Origin: a virus
Taxonomy: Duplodnaviria; Heunggongvirae; Uroviricota; Caudoviricetes
Length of the DNA: 39,211 nucleotides
Strand: one strand, 5' to 3'
IMG/VR virus record: IMGVR_UViG_2778261139_000004
Span: 1 to 39,211 of that record
A program made the position numbers and the translations under genes. This document shows positions 27,625 to 36,591 of the stretch, one piece after another. Under the pieces are notes generated by a model. That model saw nothing but the letters and a program-made list of their open reading frames with translations. It had not been told where the DNA came from and did not search any database. Every line of letters begins with the position of its first letter. The first letter of the stretch is position 1.

Positions 27625-28048
27625 GCCATTCAATATCTGGCGCACCGGAAGTATCGACCAGCTCCAGTGCGTCCAGATAATCCAGCCACAAATTATATTG
27701 CGCCAGTTCATCATCTTTCAGACGACCAATAGCGGCTTTACCGGGCCATTGCTTACTGTTCATGTATTCGTTGGCCTGGTTAATTAGTAGCTGTCTTTCT
27801 GATTCAGTAATTTCAATAAGTTCTTCATGCGTGGGTGGAGGAATATCTGCCCACGCAGGCAGCCCATCATCTCCGGCAATACGGATTTTTCCTTGTGGCG
27901 GTTCAGCCATAAACTCACTGATAATATTTTGATTTACTTCCTTAGCGTCTGATAAATCCCATCCCTCTGATTTATATTTATCAATCATATCCACAGGGAA
28001 AAAAGCATTATGCCTTGCGCTATAAACATATTCGTTCATATAAATCAC
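27596..28048 (-). CDS. Alternative tail fibre assembly protein (G') in inverted orientation
   Basis: 150 aa, ends ... APDIEWPTPP, paralogous to the G C-terminus; convergent with G. Confidence 0.75.
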   Translation of the reverse strand: MIYMNEYVYSARHNAFFPVDMIDKYKSEGWDLSDAKEVNQNIISEFMAEPPQGKIRIAGDDGLPAWADIPPPTHEELIEITESERQLLINQANEYMNSKQWPGKAAIGRLKDDELAQYNLWLDYLDALELVDTSGAPDIEWPTPPAVQAR

Positions 28049-28059
28049 CCTGAATAAAA

Positions 28060-28434
28060 TTACTCACCAACAGCCCACCAACTGTAATTCATCGATACCG
28101 TGTCGCTGGTTGATGACGTTCTGTAAGCAGAATTAAAGCCGGTTAACGTTGGGCCTTCTGCAGTCATCACGAACCCTCGCCCAGCGCCTAAAGGCGCACC
28201 GCCATCACCAGAATGAGTAAGCATGGCGCAGTCCGCTTTTTTGGGGAAAGGGATGCTGAATGTAATTCTCATTGTTTGCGTCGATAATGTCGGCGTAACC
28301 GCACCACGACCATATTGCAGGATTTTCCCGTTAGGTAATTTCATCCATCCATCACCACTGGCAAAAGAGGCCATGTCCGGTATCTGATTTTCCCCTGTCC
28401 CCACATCCCGTTTTGCCGCTTCTCCCAAACCAAC
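28060..28434 (-). CDS. Promoterless alternative tail-fibre C-terminal cassette (H'), expressed only after inversion
   Basis: Minus-strand reading frame running from the right crossover site to a stop at 28060; it shares the LGLGE junction with H. The Met in the ORF track is unlikely to be a real start. Confidence 0.55.
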   Translation of the reverse strand, partial: VGLGEAAKRDVGTGENQIPDMASFASGDGWMKLPNGKILQYGRGAVTPTLSTQTMRITFSIPFPKKADCAMLTHSGDGGAPLGAGRGFVMTAEGPTLTGFNSAYRTSSTSDTVSMNYSWWAVGE

Positions 28435-28500
28435 GTTTAAGAAAATGCAGAGATAATGGCTAACTGGCATCATCCCCGGTTTTTATTCAGGGGATTGATC

Positions 28501-29058
28501 ATGCTTATTGGCTATGTACGCGTGTCAACAAATGACCAGAACACCGATTTGCAACGTAATGCACTGAACTGCGCGGGATGTGAGCGGATTTTTGAGGATA
28601 AAATCAGTGGCACTAAGTCCGACAGACCGGGGCTGAAAAAACTGCTCAGGACACTATCGGCAGGAGACACGCTGGTCGTCTGGAAGCTGGACAGGTTGGG
28701 GCGCAGTATGCGGCATCTTGTTACGCTGATAGAAGAGTTGCGCCAGCGTGGCGTGAATTTCCGAAGCCTGACTGACAGTATTGATACCAGTACCCCAATG
28801 GGCCGTTTCTTTTTTCATGTCATGGGTGCCCTGGCTGAAATGGAACGCGAACTGATAGTTGAACGCACTATGGCAGGGCTGGCTGCAGCTCGTGCCAAAG
28901 GCAGAGTAGGTGGACGCCGTCCTAAGTTGACCACCGAACAGTGGGCACAGATTGGACGTTTACTCGAGGCCGGAGAATCAAGACAGCGTATTGCGCTGAT
29001 TTTTGACGTGGGCGTTTCTACCATTTATAGAAAATTTCCGGCGAATAAGAGCAATTAA
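28501..29058 (+). CDS. pin: Serine DNA invertase (Pin/Gin/Hin/Cin family)
   Basis: MLIGYVRVSTNDQNTDLQRNAL ... with the catalytic serine in YVRVSTNDQ, DRLGRS, and a C-terminal HTH; very close to e14 Pin as recalled. Confidence 0.9.
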   Translation: MLIGYVRVSTNDQNTDLQRNALNCAGCERIFEDKISGTKSDRPGLKKLLRTLSAGDTLVVWKLDRLGRSMRHLVTLIEELRQRGVNFRSLTDSIDTSTPMGRFFFHVMGALAEMERELIVERTMAGLAAARAKGRVGGRRPKLTTEQWAQIGRLLEAGESRQRIALIFDVGVSTIYRKFPANKSN

Positions 29059-29115
29059 TCGCCCTGAATCAGCATTCTTTTGATTTTTCCTGTAAGCGGA
29101 CAAATACCGTCATTT

Positions 29116-29133
29116 TGTGTGAATAACGGCACA
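29116..29133. promoter_or_regulatory. TGT-N12-ACA element, candidate Ogr-dependent late promoter for the FI operon
   Basis: TGTGTGAATAACGGCACA about 75 bp upstream of the FI ATG, which has CAGGAGG as its Shine-Dalgarno. Confidence 0.35.
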
Positions 29134-29209
29134 ACTGCGATTAGCTGTTTGTCAGGCACAATCACTTCAACATAGGGCGAAGCCTAATCCAATCAGGAGG
29201 TTCGCCACT

Positions 29210-30382
29210 ATGGCTCAGGATTACCACCACGGGGTGCGCGTTGTTGAAGTCAACGAAGGCACCCGATCCATTACCACGGTGAGCACCGCCATCGTGGGTA
29301 TGGTCTGCACGGGCGATGATGCCGATGCAAAAATGTTCCCTCTTAATAAACCCGTGCTGATCACTGATGTGCTGACTGCCAGCGGTAAAGCGGGTGAGTC
29401 CGGTACTCTGGCCCGTTCGCTGGATGCCATCGCTGACCAGGCAAAACCCGTGACCGTTGTTGTGCGTGTGCCGCAGGGTGAAACGGAAGACGAAACCACG
29501 ACCAATATCATCGGCGCAGTGACCGCTGAAGGTAAAAAAACTGGCATGAAAGCCCTGTTATCTGCCCAGTCACAGCTCGGCGTTAAACCACGCATTCTGG
29601 GTGTACCTGGTCACGACACCAAGGCGGTAGCTACTGAGTTGCTGAGCGTGGCGCAAAGCCTGCGTGGGTTTGCTTACCTGTCAGCGTATGGCTGCAAGAC
29701 GATACAGGAGGCGATCACTTACCGTGAAAACTTCAGCCAGCGCGAAGGGATGCTGATCTGGCCTGACTTTACGGGCTGGGACACGGTGCTGAATGCCGAA
29801 GCAACGGCATATGCCACCGCTCGTGCGCTCGGTCTGCGCGCCAAAATTGATGAGCAGACCGGATGGCACAAAAGCCTGTCCAACGTGGGCGTGAACGGTG
29901 TCACCGGAATTTCTGCTGATGTGTTCTGGGATCTGCAGGACCCGGCAACCGATGCAGGTCTGCTTAACCAGAACGACGTTACCACGCTTATCCGCAAAGA
30001 CGGTTTCCGCTTCTGGGGTTCCCGCTGTCTGAGCGATGATCCGCTCTTTGCCTTCGAAAACTACACCCGAACCGCGCAGGTACTGATGGACACGATGGCA
30101 GAAGCGCACATGTGGGCAGTGGACAAACCGCTGAATCCGTCGCTGGCCCGCGACATTATCGAAGGTATCCGCGCCAAAATGCGCAGCCTGGTCAGTCAGG
30201 GGTATCTCATTGGTGGTGATTGCTGGCTGGACGAGTCGGTGAATGACAAAGACACTCTGAAAGCCGGGAAACTCACTATCGACTACGACTACACGCCAGT
30301 GCCGCCACTTGAAAACCTGATGCTGCGTCAGCGCATCACCGATCAGTACCTGGTGAATTTCGCCAGCCAGGTCAGCGCGTAA
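29210..30382 (+). CDS. FI: Tail sheath protein (P2 FI-like)
   Basis: 390-aa ORF with strong RBS, in the P2 FI position. Confidence 0.9.
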   Translation: MAQDYHHGVRVVEVNEGTRSITTVSTAIVGMVCTGDDADAKMFPLNKPVLITDVLTASGKAGESGTLARSLDAIADQAKPVTVVVRVPQGETEDETTTNIIGAVTAEGKKTGMKALLSAQSQLGVKPRILGVPGHDTKAVATELLSVAQSLRGFAYLSAYGCKTIQEAITYRENFSQREGMLIWPDFTGWDTVLNAEATAYATARALGLRAKIDEQTGWHKSLSNVGVNGVTGISADVFWDLQDPATDAGLLNQNDVTTLIRKDGFRFWGSRCLSDDPLFAFENYTRTAQVLMDTMAEAHMWAVDKPLNPSLARDIIEGIRAKMRSLVSQGYLIGGDCWLDESVNDKDTLKAGKLTIDYDYTPVPPLENLMLRQRITDQYLVNFASQVSA

Positions 30383-30391
30383 GGGGACAAC

Positions 30392-30907
30392 ATGGCTTTA
30401 CCACGCAAATTAAAACACCTGAACCTGTTTAACGACGGGAACAACTGGCAGGGGATCGTTGAGTCGCTGACGCTGCCGAAATTCACCCGCAAATATGAGA
30501 AGTATCGCGGCGGCGGAATGCCGGGGGCGGTGGATGTGGATCTGGGGCTTGATGACAGTGCTCTGGACACAGAATTTTCCATTGGTGGTACTGAACTGCT
30601 GCTGTTTAAGCAGATGGGCAAAGCCACTGTGGATGGCATCCAGCTGCGCTTTACTGGCTCTATCCAGCGTGACGATACCGGGGAAGTGCAGGCTGTGGAG
30701 CTTGTGGTGCGTGGACGTCACAAAGAAGTGGATTCCGGCGAGTGGAAGACGGGCGAAAGCAACACCACCAAAGTGACCAGTACCAACAGCTACGCGAAGC
30801 TGACCATCAATGGTGAGGTGCTCTATGAAGTGGACCTTATCAACATGGTGGAAATTGTGGACGGTGTGGACCTGATGGAAGCGCACCGCAACGCCCTCGG
30901 CCTCTAA
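30392..30907 (+). CDS. FII: Tail tube protein (P2 FII-like)
   Basis: 171-aa ORF immediately after the sheath gene. Confidence 0.9.
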   Translation: MALPRKLKHLNLFNDGNNWQGIVESLTLPKFTRKYEKYRGGGMPGAVDVDLGLDDSALDTEFSIGGTELLLFKQMGKATVDGIQLRFTGSIQRDDTGEVQAVELVVRGRHKEVDSGEWKTGESNTTKVTSTNSYAKLTINGEVLYEVDLINMVEIVDGVDLMEAHRNALGL

Positions 30908-30961
30908 TGTATCTGAACGGCGCGGGATACCGCGCCAGAACCCAATTTACAGGACAATAAA

Positions 30962-31264
30962 ATGAGCGATAAGCAGACTGAAAAGACCATTCAACTGGAT
31001 ACCCCCATCATGCGCGGTAAAACAGAAATTACCGAAATTGTGCTGCGTAAACCGCAGTCCGGTGCGCTGCGCGGTACACGCCTGCAGGCCATTATGGATA
31101 TGGATGTGAACGCGATGATGACCGTGATCCCCCGCATCTCCAGTCCGGCACTGACTGCACAGGAAATCGCAGAGATGGACCCGGCAGATCTCACAGCCAT
31201 GTCGGTTGAGGTTGTCACTTTTTTGTTGAAGAAGTCGGTGCTTGCCGGTTTACCGACAGCCTGA
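30962..31264 (+). CDS. E: Tail assembly chaperone E
   Basis: 100-aa ORF upstream of the tape-measure gene; contains the slippery heptamer. Confidence 0.8.
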   Translation: MSDKQTEKTIQLDTPIMRGKTEITEIVLRKPQSGALRGTRLQAIMDMDVNAMMTVIPRISSPALTAQEIAEMDPADLTAMSVEVVTFLLKKSVLAGLPTA

Positions 31265-31398
31265 CGGTTGACGATCTGGTGGCAGATATCGCCACCATTT
31301 TTCACTGGCCGCCATCCGTTACTGACGTTATGCCGCTGACCGAAGTGCTGGAATGGCGGTATAAAGCGATTCAGAGAAGCGGGGCCAACGATGAGTGA
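31219..31398 (+). CDS. E' extension produced by programmed -1 frameshift (E+E' fusion chaperone)
   Basis: Slippery TTTTTTG at 31219-31225; the -1 frame stays open to TGA at 31396-31398, overlapping the T start. Confidence 0.55.
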   Translation, partial: FFVEEVGACRFTDSLTVDDLVADIATIFHWPPSVTDVMPLTEVLEWRYKAIQRSGANDE

Positions 31399-34300
31399 TA
31401 ATAACCTGCGCCTGCAGGTCATTCTTAATGCGGTTGACAAACTCACCCGCCCATTCCGTACTGCACAGGCCAGTTCGAAAGAGCTGGCTGGCGCAATCAG
31501 AAACTCCCGTGACGCATTAAAGCAACTCAATCAGGCGGGTAACAGCCTGGAAAAATTTCGCAAGCTGCAGGCCGATAACAAGAAGTTAGGCGACAGGCTG
31601 AACTATGCCAGACAGAAGGCTAATTTGCTTAGCTCTGAGCTGGAGTCGATGGAACGACCATCACAACGGCACCTTGTGGCTTTAGGTCGGCAAACGCTGG
31701 CAGTCCAACGTCTGGAAGAACAACAAAAATATTTGCAGAAGCAAACGGCGCTTGTGCGTGCAGAACTGTACCGGGCGGGAATTTCTGCGAAAGATGATGC
31801 GGGAGCAACTGCCCGTTTAGCCCGTGAAACATCACGTTATAACCAGGAACTGTCGAAACAGGAGGCGCGGCTGAAGCGACTGGGGGAAGCTCAGCGCAGG
31901 ATGAATGCAGCGCGTGCCAGTTATGCCCGTTCGCTGGAGGTGCGCGATCGCATCGCAGGAGCCGGAGCCACCACCACGGCTGCAGGGCTGGCAATGGGGA
32001 CGCCAGTGATGGCGGCAGTAAAAAGCTATACCAGCATGGAAGATGCCATGAAAGGTGTGGCAAAGCAGGTCAATGGTCTGCGTGACGATAATGGCAACCG
32101 CACTGCACGTTTTTATGAAATGCAGGATGCCATCAAAGCTGCCAGCGAACAGTTGCCGATGGAAAACGGTGCGGTGGACTTCGCTGCACTGGTTGAAGGT
32201 GGTGCGCGCATGAACGTCGCAAACCCTGACGACAGCTGGGAAGACCAGAAACGTGACCTGCTGGCCTTCGCCAGTACGGCAGCAAAGGCGGCAACAGCCT
32301 TTGAGCTGCCAGCGGATGAACTGTCAGAAAGTCTGGGGAAAATCGCCCAGCTCTACAAAATTCCCACCCGCAATATTGAACAGCTCGGTGATGCGCTGAA
32401 CTATCTGGATGATAACGCCATGTCGAAAGGGGCAGACATCATTGATGTGATGCAACGTCTGGGCGGTGTGGCTGACCGTCTGGATTATCGTAAAGCGGCG
32501 GCGCTGGGTTCCACCTTCCTGACACTGGGCGCTGCGCCGGAGGTTGCAGCCAGTGCAGCAAACGCGATGGTGCGTGAATTGTCCATTGCCACCATGCAAA
32601 GCAAGAGTTTCTTTGAAGGGATGAATCTGCTGAAACTCAATCCTGAAGTGATTGAAAAGCAGATGACGAAGGATGCGATGGGAACCATCCAGCGCGTGCT
32701 GGAGAAGGTGAACGCACTGCCGCAGGACAAGCGTCTGTCTGCTATGACCATGTTGTTTGGTAAAGAGTTTGGCGATGACGCGGCGAAACTGGCAAACAAC
32801 CTGCCGGAACTGCAGCGCCAGTTAAAGCTGACAGCGGGCAATGATGCGCTCGGTTCCATGCAGAAAGAATCCGACATCAACAAAGACTCACTTTCTGCTC
32901 AGTGGTTGCTGGTCAAAGCCGGAGCGCAGAACACCTTCAGCAGCCTGGGCGAAACGCTGCGCCAGCCGCTGATGGATATTCTGTACACGGTGAAAAGCAT
33001 CACGGGGGCGTTGCGCCGCTGGGTGGAAGCTAACCCGGAACTGACAGGCACACTGATGAAAGTAGCGGCTGTTGTGGCTGCGGTTACCGTAGGCCTCGGC
33101 ACCTTAGCGGTGGCGCTGGCTGCAGTTCTGGGGCCGCTGGCAGTGATCCGTCTGGGATTCTCTGTGCTGGGTATCAAAACGTTACCTTCCGTTACGGCAG
33201 CAGTAACTCGAACCAGCAGCGCGTTGTCCTGGCTGGCTGGCGCACCACTGGCACTGCTGCGACGCGGGCTTGCTTCATCGGGCAACGCCGCAGGTTTACT
33301 TACTGCGCCGTTGTCGTCTTTGCGCCGCACGGCATCACTGACGGGAAATGTCCTGAAAACTGTAGCAGGTGCGCCGGTTGCACTTTTGCGGTCTGGATTA
33401 TCCGGTTTACGTGCTGTTGCTGTGATGTTTATGAATCCACTGGCGGTACTGCGCGGTGGACTGGCTGCCGCAGGTGCGGTGCTGCGTATGCTGGCATCTG
33501 GTCCGCTGGCGATGCTGCGCGTTGCCCTGTATGCCATCTCTGGTTTGTTAGGTGCACTGTTTAATCCGATAGGTCTTGTGGTTACTGCACTGGCGGGCGT
33601 GGCGCTGGTTGTCTGGAAATACTGGCAACCCATCACCGCATTTCTTGGTGGCGTGGTGGAAGGATTCAAAGCGGCGGCAGGTCCCATCAGTGCTGCATTC
33701 GAACCACTTAAGCCTGTATTTCAGTGGATTGGCGACAAAGTGCAGGCGTTGTGGGGCTGGTTTACTGATCTGCTGACGCCCGTTAAGTCGACCTCTGCCG
33801 AACTGCAGAGCGCAGCGGCAATGGGGCGACGATTCGGGGAGGCACTGGCGGAAGGGCTGAATATGGTTATGCATCCGCTGGACTCCCTCAAATCCGGCGT
33901 ATCCTGGTTGCTGGAAAAACTCGGCATTGTCAGTAAAGAGGCCGCAAAGGCAAAACTGCCGGAAAGCGTGACGCGTCAGCAACCTGCGACGGTGAATGCA
34001 GACGGTAAAGTGATGATGACATCGGGTGGTTTTCCGTCATGGGGATATGGCTTTGCGGGGATGTATGACAGCGGGGGGTATATCCCGCGCGGGCAGTTCG
34101 GCATTGTCGGTGAAAACGGGCCTGAAATTGTCAACGGCCCGGCAAAGGTGACCAGCCGGAGAAATACAGCTGCACTGGCTGCCGTTGTTGCCGGAATGAT
34201 GGGTGTTGCTGCCGCGCCAGCAGAGCTTCCACCGTTGCATCCTTTGGCACTTCCCACGAAAGGCGGTGAAGCAATGGTGAGTCGTGCAGCCACTGTGCCG

Positions 34301-34468
34301 CCCGCTCAACGGATTGAGGCACCGACGCAGATCATCATTCAGACGCAGCCAGGACAAAGTGCGCAGGATATTGCGCGGGAGGTGGCCCGCCAGCTTGATG
34401 AACGTGAACGCAGGCTGAAGGCAAAAGCCAGGAGTAACTACAGCGATCAGGGGGGATACGACGCATGA
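31391..34468 (+). CDS. T: Tail tape-measure protein (P2 gpT-like)
   Basis: 1025 aa, Ala-rich with coiled-coil and hydrophobic repeats. Confidence 0.9.
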   Translation: MSDNNLRLQVILNAVDKLTRPFRTAQASSKELAGAIRNSRDALKQLNQAGNSLEKFRKLQADNKKLGDRLNYARQKANLLSSELESMERPSQRHLVALGRQTLAVQRLEEQQKYLQKQTALVRAELYRAGISAKDDAGATARLARETSRYNQELSKQEARLKRLGEAQRRMNAARASYARSLEVRDRIAGAGATTTAAGLAMGTPVMAAVKSYTSMEDAMKGVAKQVNGLRDDNGNRTARFYEMQDAIKAASEQLPMENGAVDFAALVEGGARMNVANPDDSWEDQKRDLLAFASTAAKAATAFELPADELSESLGKIAQLYKIPTRNIEQLGDALNYLDDNAMSKGADIIDVMQRLGGVADRLDYRKAAALGSTFLTLGAAPEVAASAANAMVRELSIATMQSKSFFEGMNLLKLNPEVIEKQMTKDAMGTIQRVLEKVNALPQDKRLSAMTMLFGKEFGDDAAKLANNLPELQRQLKLTAGNDALGSMQKESDINKDSLSAQWLLVKAGAQNTFSSLGETLRQPLMDILYTVKSITGALRRWVEANPELTGTLMKVAAVVAAVTVGLGTLAVALAAVLGPLAVIRLGFSVLGIKTLPSVTAAVTRTSSALSWLAGAPLALLRRGLASSGNAAGLLTAPLSSLRRTASLTGNVLKTVAGAPVALLRSGLSGLRAVAVMFMNPLAVLRGGLAAAGAVLRMLASGPLAMLRVALYAISGLLGALFNPIGLVVTALAGVALVVWKYWQPITAFLGGVVEGFKAAAGPISAAFEPLKPVFQWIGDKVQALWGWFTDLLTPVKSTSAELQSAAAMGRRFGEALAEGLNMVMHPLDSLKSGVSWLLEKLGIVSKEAAKAKLPESVTRQQPATVNADGKVMMTSGGFPSWGYGFAGMYDSGGYIPRGQFGIVGENGPEIVNGPAKVTSRRNTAALAAVVAGMMGVAAAPAELPPLHPLALPTKGGEAMVSRAATVPPAQRIEAPTQIIIQTQPGQSAQDIAREVARQLDERERRLKAKARSNYSDQGGYDA

Positions 34469-34950
34469 TGATGGTGCTGGGATTGTACGTGTTTATGCTG
34501 CGCACCGTGCCGTATCAGGAACTGCAGTATCAGCGCAGCTGGCGACATGCGGCTAACAGCCGGGTAAATCGTCGTCCGTCCACGCAGTTTCTGGGACCGG
34601 ACAACGACATGCTGACGCTTTCCGGTGTTCTTATGCCGGAGATAACAGGCGGCAGGCTGTCGTTGCTGGCACTGGAGCAGATGGCAGAACAGGGGAAAGC
34701 ATGGCCTCTGATTGAAGGCAGCGGCACGATTTACGGCATGTATGTGATTGAGGGACTGAATCAGACTAAAACGGAGTTTTTCCGCGACGGTATGCCGCGC
34801 CGGATTGAGTTCACCCTGTCGCTCAAACGGGTGGATGAATCCCTGTCCGATATGTTCGGTGATCTCAGTTCGCAGCTGAATAATCTGCAGGACACGGCAA
34901 CATCTGCATTAAGCGATATCAGTAAAACGGTGGGAGGGCTGCTGTCGTGA
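34465..34950 (+). CDS. U: Tail protein U
   Basis: 161-aa ORF overlapping the T stop. Confidence 0.8.
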   Translation: MMMVLGLYVFMLRTVPYQELQYQRSWRHAANSRVNRRPSTQFLGPDNDMLTLSGVLMPEITGGRLSLLALEQMAEQGKAWPLIEGSGTIYGMYVIEGLNQTKTEFFRDGMPRRIEFTLSLKRVDESLSDMFGDLSSQLNNLQDTATSALSDISKTVGGLLS

Positions 34951-36047
34951 ATTTCAGCTCTGAACTGCTTAACAAAGGCAACAAAACTCCGGCATTCAGC
35001 ATCAGTATTGAAGGCAAGGATATCACCACTGTGCTGGACAACCGCCTGATGGGGCTTACGCTGACGGATAACCGGGGCTTTGAAGCAGACCAACTGGAGC
35101 TGGAGCTGGACGACGCCGACGGAAAAATCGTGCTGCCGCGCCGTGGTGCGGTGATTACGCTGGCGCTGGGTTGGAAGGGGCAGCCGCTTTTCCCGAAAGG
35201 GGCATTCACGGTGGATGAAATTGAACACACTGGCGCACCGGACCGCCTGACTATCCGGGCGCGAAGTGCTGATTTTCGTGAAACGCTGAATACCCGCCGT
35301 GAAAAGTCGTGGCACAAGACCACCGTTGGGGAAGTGGTGAAGGAAATAGCTGCGCGGCACAAACTGAAGATGGCACTGGGTAAAGATCTGTCTGATAAAC
35401 CCGTAGAGCATATAGACCAGACTAATGAGAGTGACGGCAGTTTTCTGATGCGGCTGGCGCGACAGTACGGTGCTATTGCGTCGGTGAAAAATGGCAATCT
35501 GTTATTCATCCGGCAGGGACAGGGTAAAAGCGCCAGCGGTAAACCACTACCGATGATCACTATCACACGTAAGGACGGCGACAGTCACCGTTTTACCCTG
35601 GCGGATCGCGGAGCTTACACGGGTGTAATTGCCAGCTGGTTGCATACCCGCGAACCCGCGAAGAAAGAAAGCACCACGGTGAAGCGTAAGCGCAGGACTA
35701 AGAAGCAGAAGAAAGAGCCGGAAGCGAAGCAGGGCGATTACCTGGTGGGTACGGATGAAAACGTGCTGGTACTTAATCGCACTTATGCCAACCGGAGCAA
35801 CGCCGAACGAGCGGCGAAAATGCAGTGGGAACGCCTGCAACGCGGAGTTGCGTCATTCTCGCTACAACTGGCGGAAGGGCGGGCAGATCTCTACACGGAA
35901 ATGCCAGTGAAAGTCAGTGGCTTTAAACAGCCGATAGATGATGCGGAATGGACCATTACGACTCTGACGCATACCGTCAGCCCGGATAACGGTTTTACGA
36001 CCAGTCTGGAGCTTGAAGTGAGGATTGATGATTTCGAAATGGAATGA
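34947..36047 (+). CDS. D: Tail protein D
   Basis: 366 aa with a GTG start overlapping the U stop. Confidence 0.8.
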   Translation: MNFSSELLNKGNKTPAFSISIEGKDITTVLDNRLMGLTLTDNRGFEADQLELELDDADGKIVLPRRGAVITLALGWKGQPLFPKGAFTVDEIEHTGAPDRLTIRARSADFRETLNTRREKSWHKTTVGEVVKEIAARHKLKMALGKDLSDKPVEHIDQTNESDGSFLMRLARQYGAIASVKNGNLLFIRQGQGKSASGKPLPMITITRKDGDSHRFTLADRGAYTGVIASWLHTREPAKKESTTVKRKRRTKKQKKEPEAKQGDYLVGTDENVLVLNRTYANRSNAERAAKMQWERLQRGVASFSLQLAEGRADLYTEMPVKVSGFKQPIDDAEWTITTLTHTVSPDNGFTTSLELEVRIDDFEME

Positions 36048-36137
36048 TTCTTCGCAATGGAGAACTTTTAAGTTTTTAAAATGGAATAATGCGGTATCAT
36101 TATTGTGAATTTAGCAAAAATGGGGAGAGCTCGAAAA

Positions 36138-36356
36138 ATGATGATTTGCCCACTGTGTGGAAGTGCCGCCCATACTCGCAGCAGTTTTCAGGTATCTTCA
36201 TTGACCAAAGAGCGTTACAACCAGTGCCAGAACATTAACTGCAGCCATACTTTTGTTACCCATGAAACTTTTGTTCGTTCGATTGCAACGCCAAAAGAGT
36301 CAAATCCGGTTCAGCCGCATCCAATGAAATCAGGACAGGTGGCGCTCTCTCTTTGA
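36138..36356 (+). CDS. ogr: Ogr/Delta-type zinc-finger late transcription activator
   Basis: CPLCG ... C-x2-C zinc finger (MMICPLCGSAAHTRS ... CQNINCSHTF), resembling P2 Ogr; last prophage gene. Confidence 0.8.
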   Translation: MMICPLCGSAAHTRSSFQVSSLTKERYNQCQNINCSHTFVTHETFVRSIATPKESNPVQPHPMKSGQVALSL

Positions 36357-36436
36357 CGCTGCCGCCAATTTGTCGCCATCATTAAAAAACAGTGCTTCTA
36401 ACATCATGATTTTAAAAGGAATAAATTTCAGGCAAC

Positions 36437-36479
36437 AAAAAACCCATCAACCTTGAACCGAAATGGCGGGGTTGATGGG
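36437..36479 (-). terminator. Possible intrinsic terminator downstream of ybjL, at the prophage/host junction
   Basis: On the minus strand, CCCATCAACC ... GGTTGATGGG (10-bp arms) followed by a T-run; the loop is long and the element lies about 110 nt past the ybjL stop. Confidence 0.3.
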
Positions 36480-36591
36480 CTCCACAAAATGGGGACATCA
36501 AAGAAAAGCAGTGGCACTAATTAAGACTGATGCCCTGCGGAAAAGTTCTGCGGTTGTGCAAAAAAATTTCATTTTCAGGGCAACTTCAGTT

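Larger units (their letters stand above)
26584..28436. mobile_element. Invertible tail-fibre host-range segment (Mu G / e14 P-like) bounded by inverted crossover sites
   Basis: Inverted repeat ACCTTGGTTTGGGAGAAG (26583-26600) and CTTCTCCCAAACCAACGT (28419-28436); contains H C-terminus plus G on the plus strand and G' plus an alternative H C-terminus on the minus strand; invertase gene immediately outside. Confidence 0.65.

Noticed and set aside
28435-28473. Met start of the 137-aa minus-strand ORF (28060..28473)
   Set aside because: The frame is the alternative tail-fibre C-terminal cassette, which begins at the crossover site; the upstream Met lies outside the invertible segment and overlaps the invertase leader.
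32899-33687. 262-aa minus-strand ORF and neighbouring antisense ORFs
   Set aside because: Antisense to the tape-measure gene; low-complexity Ala/Pro-rich translation typical of GC-rich antisense frames.
34761-35566. Two overlapping minus-strand ORFs of about 215 aa
   Set aside because: Antisense to tail genes U and D, which are supported by synteny.
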